Source: Bacteroidales bacterium (GTDB taxonomy: Bacteria; Bacteroidota; Bacteroidia; Bacteroidales; UBA1402). Taken from it: a stretch of 64,000 bases of DNA. The notes beneath the pieces were generated by a model, which worked only from the letters and a program-made list of their open reading frames with translations, had not been told where the DNA came from and did no database searches. The position numbers and the translations under genes were made by a program. Positions within the stretch are counted from its first letter, which is position 1. Each line of letters starts with the position of its first letter. This document shows positions 53,284 to 61,232 of the stretch, in pieces. The DNA lies in the NCBI GenBank assembly GCA_017464285.1, contig JAFUDT010000013.1, positions 379,175 through 443,174 on the forward strand. Reading direction: 5' to 3'.

Positions 53284-54530
53284 AGAGAATTATAGTTTAC
53301 GCAGATTTTGACTTCCTGACCTCCCCCGAAGAGATAGGATCATTGGACTACGAACATGTTCGTGGCAAAGACCATTTTGCCTTTGAGTATTCGCGCCAGT
53401 GGCTGAAACAACATGGCGGCATTCTGCTGAGCGGTGACCTGCTGAATGTCCCTTCATTGCAGCATCCTCGTAGCAATGATAATGTGTTCGGCTTTGTCAA
53501 GGATTCCTTTCCCGATCGCTGGGGACAGCTGTTACTCGACCGCAGAGAGCGACTGGCTGCTCAACAGGAAGGCAGGCCGAAACGCATGCTTACCAATTAC
53601 GACTACCTCGTAGGGATTGAAGACTTCACCCGTATGGGGGGCATACGTTACAAAGAGGAAAAAGGTAGTGACTTTATTAATGCGAATGCAAAATACCATG
53701 TTCCTCCGATTGAGAGTCTTCGTGCCCTATGCGATGCATGCCATGAAATAGAGTTGGCTGAGGAGCGCAATGAATTGCCGGAACAACGCTGGCTCGATCA
53801 GTTGATCGACCCGGGAACCTCGCTCGGTGGCGCCCGTCCTAAGGCCAATGTGGTTGATGCGGACGGTAAACTGTATGTGGCCAAGTTCCCATCTAAGAAG
53901 GATCTGGAGAATACAGAGTTTATAGAACACTTCTCACATCAACTGGCGGCCAAAGCTGGTATCAACGTGGCAAAGACACGCACCATCAAGATTTCAAAAG
54001 ACCGTGATCTGCTTCTTTCTGAACGTTTCGATAGAACAGCGGAAGGCCGTCGCATTCATTTTGCTTCTGCTATGTCGTTGCTTGGTTTGGACGACGGTGC
54101 TGGCGGCAGCACAGGTAACGGCTATCTTGACATTGTTGATTTCATCCTTCGTGGGTGTACCGATGTGCGCCGGAATCTCAAGGAGCTATATCGCAGAGTG
54201 GCATTCAACATCATGTTTGGCAACACAGACGACCACTTCCGTAATCACGGTTTTCTGCTTACCCCGAAAGGCTGGACGCTCTCTCCTGCATACGATATCA
54301 ATCCGGGAGCAGAGTCACATCAGAGCTTGCTCATAGACTCATACACAGAAGAATCGAACATCAATGTCTTGCTCTCTGCAAGCGAGAGCTACATGCTTGA
54401 CAGGCAAGAGGCAAAAGATATTATTGAGGAGGTTCGTGCCACGATCAAAGACTGGCGTAAAATCGCAACTGAACTGCAAATACCCCTAAAGTTGTTGGAG
54501 TCATATTCTATTCGTTGGGATGAACTATAA
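53280..54530 (+). CDS. hipA: HipA-family serine/threonine kinase toxin
   Basis: 416 aa; HipA_N coupling region, GTSLGGARPKANV, catalytic NTDDHFRNHGFLL. Confidence 0.9.
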   Translation: MKRIIVYADFDFLTSPEEIGSLDYEHVRGKDHFAFEYSRQWLKQHGGILLSGDLLNVPSLQHPRSNDNVFGFVKDSFPDRWGQLLLDRRERLAAQQEGRPKRMLTNYDYLVGIEDFTRMGGIRYKEEKGSDFINANAKYHVPPIESLRALCDACHEIELAEERNELPEQRWLDQLIDPGTSLGGARPKANVVDADGKLYVAKFPSKKDLENTEFIEHFSHQLAAKAGINVAKTRTIKISKDRDLLLSERFDRTAEGRRIHFASAMSLLGLDDGAGGSTGNGYLDIVDFILRGCTDVRRNLKELYRRVAFNIMFGNTDDHFRNHGFLLTPKGWTLSPAYDINPGAESHQSLLIDSYTEESNINVLLSASESYMLDRQEAKDIIEEVRATIKDWRKIATELQIPLKLLESYSIRWDEL

Positions 54531-54568
54531 AACAGAAGCACATTCTGCATATTTTTCGTGAAAAAGTA

Positions 54569-54660
54569 GTCTTCCGGCTGCGGTACAAATCGGGCACTCT
54601 GGTGGCGAGGCACTGTCGTGTCCTGTGCCGAGCGCCAGAGCCACGATTTTCGGCAGACGG
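54569..54660 (+). repeat. Hairpin-repeat family, full hairpin copy E (no tail)
   Basis: GTCTTCCGGCTGCGGTACAAATCGGGCACTCTGGTGGCGAGGCACTGTCGTGTCCTGTGCCGAGCGCCAGAGCCACGATTTTCGGCAGACGG. Confidence 0.92.
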
Positions 54661-54789
54661 AAATATGAAATATATGAGACTTTTTTGGCAGTGAATGCTG
54701 TTTATTGCCGAAAATGTCTTATTTTTGCACCTTGAAGGTGGTAAGCTACCACTTTTGGGTGTTTTTTTTGATATTGAACTAAAGCTTTC

Positions 54790-54991
54790 TTTTCGTTCTC
54801 CAAACGCATCAAGACTCCTTCATCTACTTCAAGACAATCCGTATGTTACATACGCAAAGTTATCGGAAGAATTAGGCATCAATATTTCGGCGATACAAAA
54901 ACTAATAGACGGAATGGCGGACAAGGGCTATATTCAACGCCGCGACACGGATAAGTCTTGGCTTGTGCTGGCCTCGTCAGTCATAAAGTAG
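54790..54991 (+). pseudogene. Stranded C-terminal winged-helix fragment (as found at the end of AlbA_2/Schlafen-type ATP-binding regulators)
   Basis: ...ASRLLHLLQDNPYVTYAKLSEELGINISAIQKLIDGMADKGYIQRRDTDKSWLVL; no matching upstream domains on this strand. Confidence 0.4.
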
Positions 54992-55002
54992 TTACCTCTG
55001 TT

Positions 55003-55185
55003 TTAGCCGGTAAAAACCGACTGATTTCGTGCAGCACTACTGATGGTTTCACATACATGCTGCACATCATCAAGTCCTTTGACGATGCCATCATTATCTA
55101 TGCCGAAGAAAAGGGAACCACCCAAGCCATTGGCAAAAACGCTAACGCTCTTTAACCAACTCTTAGGTTTCTTCTCTTCAAGCAT
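55003..55185 (-). pseudogene. N-terminal AlbA_2 (Schlafen-like) domain fragment
   Basis: 60-aa ORF ...KSWLKSVSVFANGLGGSLFFGIDNDGIVKGLDD... resembles the start of AlbA_2 proteins and is truncated after ~60 codons. Confidence 0.45.
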
Positions 55186-55250
55186 TACCTTGAAGTTTTA
55201 GTCTAAAACAAGGCTGTTATATAACAAAAAGAAACGATTTGTGCTGAAAA

Positions 55251-55604
55251 ATGACTACCTTTTTACCCACGAATCAGAAAATGGCGAATATGGCAACGAA
55301 CAATCATTTCAATGCCGCCCACGAACTGAAGACGCCCGCCATGAGCATCCACGGCTATCTGGAGAGCATCCTCGACAATCCCGACATGCCTGAGGATAAG
55401 CGGAAACATTTCCTGGAGCGCTGCTATGCCCAGAGCGAGCGCATGAACAAACTGCTGCTCGACATGAGTGCGCTAACCAAGCTCGACGAGATGGACGCCA
55501 ACCATTTCCGCAATAGTGAGGAATACCAGCAAATAATGGATAAAGAAAAACAGAAAGTATGGAATCAAAATCACCAAAAGAAATACAAGTCGAAGAGAAA
55601 ATAA
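55251..55604 (+). pseudogene. Truncated sensor histidine kinase (HisKA dimerisation/H-box only; PhoR-like by context)
   Basis: 117 aa; H-box AAHELKTPAMSIHGYLESIL...; no TM/sensor and no HATPase domain; its 3' end overlaps the next ORF by 46 nt. Confidence 0.55.
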
Positions 55605-56401
55605 CCGATTTGGTCACAAAGATTGTGAAAGATCAGACATCTGGCGATGACTTACCTGTAAGACTGTGGAACAATCTTCGGAATAATCCGGAAATAGCCG
55701 CTATACAAGAGTATGCCAACATGGTGTCAATCGTACGTCTGGGGTTGAATGACCACGGGCCTGTTCACATGAAGACTGTATGCCGCAATGCCCTGAAGAT
55801 GCTGAGTATATTACATACTGCAGGAATGCAGACAAGTTTGGAAAAGGAAAACATCGGGACATTTGCCGACAGTGTAGCGGCGGTGATGCTTGCTTCACTT
55901 CTTCATGACAGCGGAATGACAATAGGAAGGAAAGGGCACGAACTGTATTCTGGCATCATATCCTATCCTATTATTGAAAAGGTTTTGTCGCAACTCCTTC
56001 CTGAAGACTGTAATATCCTGAGGCGGACTATCATCCGTTCCATCGCAATAGAAGGCATCATCGGACACATGGCTACATATCCTATTCATTCCGTTGAAGC
56101 TGGTATCATTCTTATTGCAGACGGTTGTGACATGACAAAAGGACGTGCCCGCATTCTTTTGGAAATACCATCAAAACCGACTGAAGGCGATATCCACAAG
56201 TATTCTGCAAACTCTATCGAAAAGGTTAAAATAGGGCGGGGGAATGAACGTCCCTTGAAGATTGAGATACACATGAGGGCAGAGGTAGGCTTCTTCCAAG
56301 TCGAGGAAGTCCTGATTCCCAAGATTCAGTCGAGTCCTGCCAAGAGCATGTTAGAGTTGTATGCAGGAGTTGAGGGTGAAGAAATGAAACGATATTTGTA
56401 A
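55559..56401 (+). CDS. HD-domain phosphohydrolase
   Basis: 280 aa; NDHGPVH ... LLHDSGM ... IGH ... IADGCDM metal-ligand spacing of the HD superfamily. Confidence 0.7.
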   Translation: MESKSPKEIQVEEKITDLVTKIVKDQTSGDDLPVRLWNNLRNNPEIAAIQEYANMVSIVRLGLNDHGPVHMKTVCRNALKMLSILHTAGMQTSLEKENIGTFADSVAAVMLASLLHDSGMTIGRKGHELYSGIISYPIIEKVLSQLLPEDCNILRRTIIRSIAIEGIIGHMATYPIHSVEAGIILIADGCDMTKGRARILLEIPSKPTEGDIHKYSANSIEKVKIGRGNERPLKIEIHMRAEVGFFQVEEVLIPKIQSSPAKSMLELYAGVEGEEMKRYL

Positions 56402-56558
56402 TATTAAATCTATAATGACGTTTCACGGTTATTGCAATCTCATGACATTGTGAGGTTGCAATAATTCTTTATTACCCTTGCAACACGTCTGTAACGTCCT
56501 GGCTGTACTTTTGCAGCGTCAACGGAGGGCAAACCATATTCCTCGTTGACACAGAAGT

Positions 56559-57605
56559 ATGGATAAAGAAAAAGCAGAAAGAATCATCAAAATTGTCAAT
56601 TGGGTGAGATTCATCATCCTCGTAGTGTTCCTGACATTTGTATTTGTTGGGCTGTCTAAGGCGCAAACTATCACTGCGCAAGCGCAGGATACCAAAACAA
56701 AGGAGCCGAAAGGCAAAGCGATTGTGCAAGCGTTTGGAAACTTCCACACAGGTTTTGGAGCTGAGAATGACAATCGGGGCTTTGAATTAGACAGAAGCTA
56801 CTTGGGGTATGAATATAAACTCGGTAGCGGGTTGTCTGTCAAGGGTGTATTGGACATCGGCAAGTCGTCAGATATAAGCGATTACCAACGCATTGCTTAT
56901 ATTAAACATGCAATGGTATCGTGGGAAACCGGTCGTCTTGTTTTAAACGGCGGACTTATTTCGACAACACAATTCAAGTTTCAAGAAAAGTTCTGGGGCT
57001 ATCGCTACATCATGAAGTCTTTCCAAGACGAATACAAGTTTGGTAGCAGTGCCGATTTGGGTGTCTCTGTAGCCTGTAAGTTTGCTGACTGGATTTCGGC
57101 TGATGCAATTATCGCGAACGGCGAAGGATATAAGAAGATTCAGATAAAAGATGGTCTGAACTATGGCTTAGGTGTGACACTCACTCCGGTAAAGGGTTTC
57201 CAGATACGTCTGTATGGCGGTCTTAATGAAAGCGGAGAAAAGGGTGGCAAAGCTATCAAGAACATGGCTGCATTTATGGGCTATAAGCATGAGAAGTTCA
57301 CCATCGGAGCAGAGTACAACTACATGATGAACGCATCACATAAAGAAAATGCCGACCAAAATGGCTATTCAGTCTTTGCCTCTGTAAATCTTCCCAAGAA
57401 AGTCTCGTTATATGCACGATTCGATGATTTGTACTCAAAGAATCATTGGAACATTGCTAAAGATGAATCTACAGTAATACTTGGTGCACAGTTCAAACTC
57501 GGCAAGTATGTAAAGATTGCTCCTAATTTCAGAACGGCAATGCCTAAAGCCGATGGCGTAAAGAGCAAATACTCGGCATACGTAAATTGTTACTTTGGTA
57601 TCTGA
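56559..57605 (+). CDS. Outer-membrane porin (phosphate-selective type suggested by context)
   Basis: 348 aa; signal-like segment FIILVVFLTFVFVGLSKAQ (the true start may lie downstream of 56559); beta-strand pattern; terminal ...VNCYFGI; immediately upstream of pstS. Confidence 0.7.
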   Translation: MDKEKAERIIKIVNWVRFIILVVFLTFVFVGLSKAQTITAQAQDTKTKEPKGKAIVQAFGNFHTGFGAENDNRGFELDRSYLGYEYKLGSGLSVKGVLDIGKSSDISDYQRIAYIKHAMVSWETGRLVLNGGLISTTQFKFQEKFWGYRYIMKSFQDEYKFGSSADLGVSVACKFADWISADAIIANGEGYKKIQIKDGLNYGLGVTLTPVKGFQIRLYGGLNESGEKGGKAIKNMAAFMGYKHEKFTIGAEYNYMMNASHKENADQNGYSVFASVNLPKKVSLYARFDDLYSKNHWNIAKDESTVILGAQFKLGKYVKIAPNFRTAMPKADGVKSKYSAYVNCYFGI

Positions 57606-57631
57606 CAAACATTTAAATAATTAGTATCATT

Positions 57632-58693
57632 ATGAAAAAGATTTTCTCGTCTATTATGACATTGATAATTGCCATAACAATGGTATCGTGTGGCGGTAAC
57701 GCTAAAAATGGTGTTCGTAAGGCTCAAGAACTTTCGGGAGCAGGTGCAACATTCCCTCTTCCTTTTTACAATGTGGTTTTTGAGAACTTTGCTCAGGTAA
57801 ATGGTGATATAGTTGCGTACGGTGGTGTCGGATCGGGCGGTGGCGTTCGCAACTTGCGCGACAAGGTTGTGGATTTTGCTGGCAGTGATGCTTTCCTCAC
57901 CGATAAAGAGATGGCAGAAATGGCGCCTGTAGTTCACGTCCCAACTTGTATGGGTGCCGTTGTTGTAGCCTATAATTTGGACGGCGTAAAGGAATTGAAA
58001 CTTACAGGTGAGGTCGTTGCAGACATCTTCGCCGGCGAGATTAAGATGTGGAACGATGAGCGTCTGACCGCTCTTAATCCTGATGTGACGCTCCCAGCCG
58101 AGGCCATCATTCCCGTATTCCGTTCCGATGGTTCAGGTACGACATTCATCTTCACCGACTATCTTACAAAAGTCAGTCCTATGTGGAAAGAAAAGTTCGG
58201 TGCCGGCAAGTCGGTGAACTTTCCTTCGGGACAGGCCGCTAAGGGTAATCCCGGTGTTGCAGGCGTCATCTCACAAACCAAAAACTCTATCGGTTATGTA
58301 GGTTCAGAGTACGCATTTGCACAGAAGATTCCCTATGCCAACATTCAGAACGCAAGAGGTGAATTCATTTTGCCGTCATCTGAATCTATTTCAGCAGCCG
58401 CAGCGGGCACAATTCCAGCCGACACCCGAACGTCAATCACCAATGCAGATGCTGCCGGTGCTTATCCTATCTCAACATTCACTTGGATGATTATATACAA
58501 GGAGCAGAACTACTCTGGCCGTAGTAAGGAGCAGGCCGAGGCTACACTCGATTTATTGCAGTATATTCTCTCTGATGAGGCACAGAACATCACAACGGAA
58601 GTTCACTACGCTCCACTTCCAGCGAAGGCAAAAGAATTAAGTATGAAAAACTTGAAGACCGTAACATACGACGGAGTTACGATACTACAGTAA
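57632..58693 (+). CDS. pstS: Phosphate ABC transporter substrate-binding lipoprotein
   Basis: Lipobox AITMVSCGG; GAGATFP, SDGSGTT and GYVG motifs of PstS. Confidence 0.92.
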   Translation: MKKIFSSIMTLIIAITMVSCGGNAKNGVRKAQELSGAGATFPLPFYNVVFENFAQVNGDIVAYGGVGSGGGVRNLRDKVVDFAGSDAFLTDKEMAEMAPVVHVPTCMGAVVVAYNLDGVKELKLTGEVVADIFAGEIKMWNDERLTALNPDVTLPAEAIIPVFRSDGSGTTFIFTDYLTKVSPMWKEKFGAGKSVNFPSGQAAKGNPGVAGVISQTKNSIGYVGSEYAFAQKIPYANIQNARGEFILPSSESISAAAAGTIPADTRTSITNADAAGAYPISTFTWMIIYKEQNYSGRSKEQAEATLDLLQYILSDEAQNITTEVHYAPLPAKAKELSMKNLKTVTYDGVTILQ

Positions 58694-58720
58694 AAAAGTG
58701 GATAGGTTTTAGATTAGTCT

Positions 58721-59578
58721 ATGAATGATAAAATTTACAGAATAATATTGTTTGTAGCAGCATTGATTATGCCGATAGTGTGCGGGGGCGTTGTTTACGC
58801 TCTCGTCACTGACGCATACGATGCTTTTGAACATTTCGGATTTCTGAACTTCCTTACCTCTTCGCAGTGGAGTTACACCGCAGGTAATGAACAATACGGA
58901 GCGTTGCCATTCATTACAGGCACACTGATGACTGCCTTGCTGGCTCTTGTCTTTTGCATTCCCTTTTCACTGCCCGTTGCACTTTTCGTGGGCGAGTATT
59001 TCAAGGAGACAAAGGTTGCATCGGTGTTAAGTACCGTAACCGACTTGTTGGCGGGTATTCCGTCAATCATATATGGACTGTGGGGCTTCTTCACTCTACG
59101 GCCCATCCTTATGACACTTAATATCTCGCCACATGGTTCAGGCGTACTGACCGCATCTCTTGTTTTGGCGATAATGATTATTCCTTACGTGGCGTCGCTT
59201 AGCGCCGAATTTATCAAGATGGTGCCAAACGACTTGAAAGAAGGAGCATATAGTCTGGGAGCGACCCGAGCCGAGGTTATAAGAAAAATCATTTTCCCTG
59301 TAGCCGGTTCGGGCATGTTCTCTTCGTATGTATTGGCTATAGGTCGAGCATTAGGTGAAACAATGACCGTTACAATGCTTATTGGAAATACCAATAATAT
59401 TCCCACTTCCATACAATCTACGGGAAATTCCATGGCTTCAATCATTGCCAATCAGTTTGGTGAGGCAGACGATTTGCGCCTGTCATCTTTGATTGCCATA
59501 GGTTTGGTATTGTTTCTGATTACCGCTCTTATCAATATGATAGGTAAGATGATGATTAAACGCGCAAGGATAGTTTGA
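58721..59578 (+). CDS. pstC: Phosphate ABC transporter permease PstC
   Basis: 285 aa, 6 TM; EAA-type loop ...EGAYSLGATRAEVIRKIIFP...; operon position. Confidence 0.92.
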   Translation: MNDKIYRIILFVAALIMPIVCGGVVYALVTDAYDAFEHFGFLNFLTSSQWSYTAGNEQYGALPFITGTLMTALLALVFCIPFSLPVALFVGEYFKETKVASVLSTVTDLLAGIPSIIYGLWGFFTLRPILMTLNISPHGSGVLTASLVLAIMIIPYVASLSAEFIKMVPNDLKEGAYSLGATRAEVIRKIIFPVAGSGMFSSYVLAIGRALGETMTVTMLIGNTNNIPTSIQSTGNSMASIIANQFGEADDLRLSSLIAIGLVLFLITALINMIGKMMIKRARIV

Positions 59579-60447
59579 TTATGGATAAATTGAAAACAAA
59601 ACATCGTTTGGAAAAAGACAAGTTGATGCTTTGGGGCATTTGCCTGTTGGCGGCACTTACTGCCGTTCCGTTGTTTGCCATTTTGGGAGAAGTATTGTTG
59701 CGTGGCTACAATCAACTCTCTTGGGCGTTCTTTACAGAGCCGACACCAACAGCGTACAAGGCAATGAAGGCTATCGAAGCGGGCGAACCCATACCCGGAG
59801 GCATAGCAAATGGTATAGTCGGGACAATGATTATGCTTGGCATGGCTGTAATTGTTGCCGTTCCGTTGGGTATTCTTTGTGGAGCATTTTTGGCAGAGAA
59901 TAGTAAGAATCGATTTGCTCAATTTGTCAGTTATCTGACTGACCTTCTGCAAGGTACGCCATCGGTCATTATCGGTATCATAACCTATATATGGGTGGTT
60001 GTTCCGATGAAAGGCTATTCGGCAATCGCAGGCAGCGTGGCACTCTGTATCATGATGGTTCCGCTTATCGTTCGTTCAACAGAAGAGACCCTGAAGATTC
60101 TTCCAGCATCACTCAAGGAGGCGGGATTGGCTCTCGGAGGCAACAAGGCACGAGTGATGATGCGAGTGCAGCTGCCTGCTGCGTTCGGTGGTATCTTCAC
60201 AGGCATACTACTTGCCGTTTCGCGAGTAATTGGAGAGACTGCACCGCTAATGTTCACAGCTCTTGGTTGTTCGCTTATCCGTTTCTCTGTTGATAAGCCC
60301 ATCTCGGCAGTACCTCTGCTTATTTGGGAATTTTTCAACGACCCTAACTTGCAAGAGTTGATTTGGGGTGCATCGCTCTTCCTCTTGCTATTTGTACTTG
60401 CATTAAATCTTACCGCTAAATATCTTGCAAAGAAATGGAATCAGTAA
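59575..60447 (+). CDS. pstA: Phosphate ABC transporter permease PstA
   Basis: 290 aa; ...EAGLALGGNKARVMMRVQLP...; 4-nt overlap with pstC. Confidence 0.92.
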   Translation: MIMDKLKTKHRLEKDKLMLWGICLLAALTAVPLFAILGEVLLRGYNQLSWAFFTEPTPTAYKAMKAIEAGEPIPGGIANGIVGTMIMLGMAVIVAVPLGILCGAFLAENSKNRFAQFVSYLTDLLQGTPSVIIGIITYIWVVVPMKGYSAIAGSVALCIMMVPLIVRSTEETLKILPASLKEAGLALGGNKARVMMRVQLPAAFGGIFTGILLAVSRVIGETAPLMFTALGCSLIRFSVDKPISAVPLLIWEFFNDPNLQELIWGASLFLLLFVLALNLTAKYLAKKWNQ

Positions 60448-61202
60448 TACCCATACTTGAATTTAAGAAGACTTGCGTATCATATACCAAGCAAACAATG
60501 GCTGTGAAGTATGTATCGGCAGCCATCGAACGAAATACCATTACTGCTATTATGGGACCTTCCGGATGTGGAAAGTCCACCCTCCTACGTGCTGTGAACC
60601 TTATGCACAATCTCTATCAGAACATCCGTGTTGATGGCAAGATTTTGATGAATGGCGAAAATATTCTTTTGATGGAACCAATCGATGTGCGCCGTCGTGT
60701 GGGTATGGTCTTTCAGCGTCCTGCACCATTCCCCATGATGAGCATCTATGATAATGTTTTGTCGGGATTTTCCTTGAATGGTATTAAACTTTCAAAGGCA
60801 GAAAAAGACACAACAGTTGAACGCTGTTTAAAAAGCGTAGCCCTCTGGGATGAAGTGAAGGACGTACTGAATAAGAAGGGTACATTCCTTTCTGGCGGTC
60901 AGCAGCAACGCTTATGCATTGCCCGTGCTTTGGCAATGAAGCCCGATGTGCTATTGATGGACGAACCCACATCGGCTCTTGACCCTATCGCAACGAAACA
61001 TATCGAGGAACTTTTGCTCGATCTTCAAAAGGAGGTTACCATCTTGATAGTAACCCACAATATGGGGCAGGCAAAGCGCATATCGTCAAGATCGATGTTT
61101 ATGTATTTGGGGGAACTTGTTGAGTACGGAGATACTGAAACAATGTTTACAAACCCTATTGACGAACGAACAAAGGCTTATCTGACGGGAAAGATGGGAT
61201 AA
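60435..61202 (+). CDS. pstB: Phosphate ABC transporter ATP-binding protein
   Basis: Walker A GPSGCGKST, signature LSGGQQQRLCIARA, Walker B LLMDEPTSALD. Confidence 0.95.
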   Translation: MESVIPILEFKKTCVSYTKQTMAVKYVSAAIERNTITAIMGPSGCGKSTLLRAVNLMHNLYQNIRVDGKILMNGENILLMEPIDVRRRVGMVFQRPAPFPMMSIYDNVLSGFSLNGIKLSKAEKDTTVERCLKSVALWDEVKDVLNKKGTFLSGGQQQRLCIARALAMKPDVLLMDEPTSALDPIATKHIEELLLDLQKEVTILIVTHNMGQAKRISSRSMFMYLGELVEYGDTETMFTNPIDERTKAYLTGKMG

Positions 61203-61232
61203 AAAAGTATATTTAATCAAATAATTGGAAAG

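Noticed and set aside
49358-54660. CRISPR array or canonical integron attC sites as an explanation for the repeats
   Set aside because: Not CRISPR: the units are ~90-150 nt, 1-2 kb apart and internally palindromic. Not a canonical integron: I could not find R''/R' core sites of the RYYYAAC / GTTRRRY type at the hairpin base, there is no intI gene in the window, and the umuDC module is inverted relative to the others. An attC-like role is kept only as one hypothesis.
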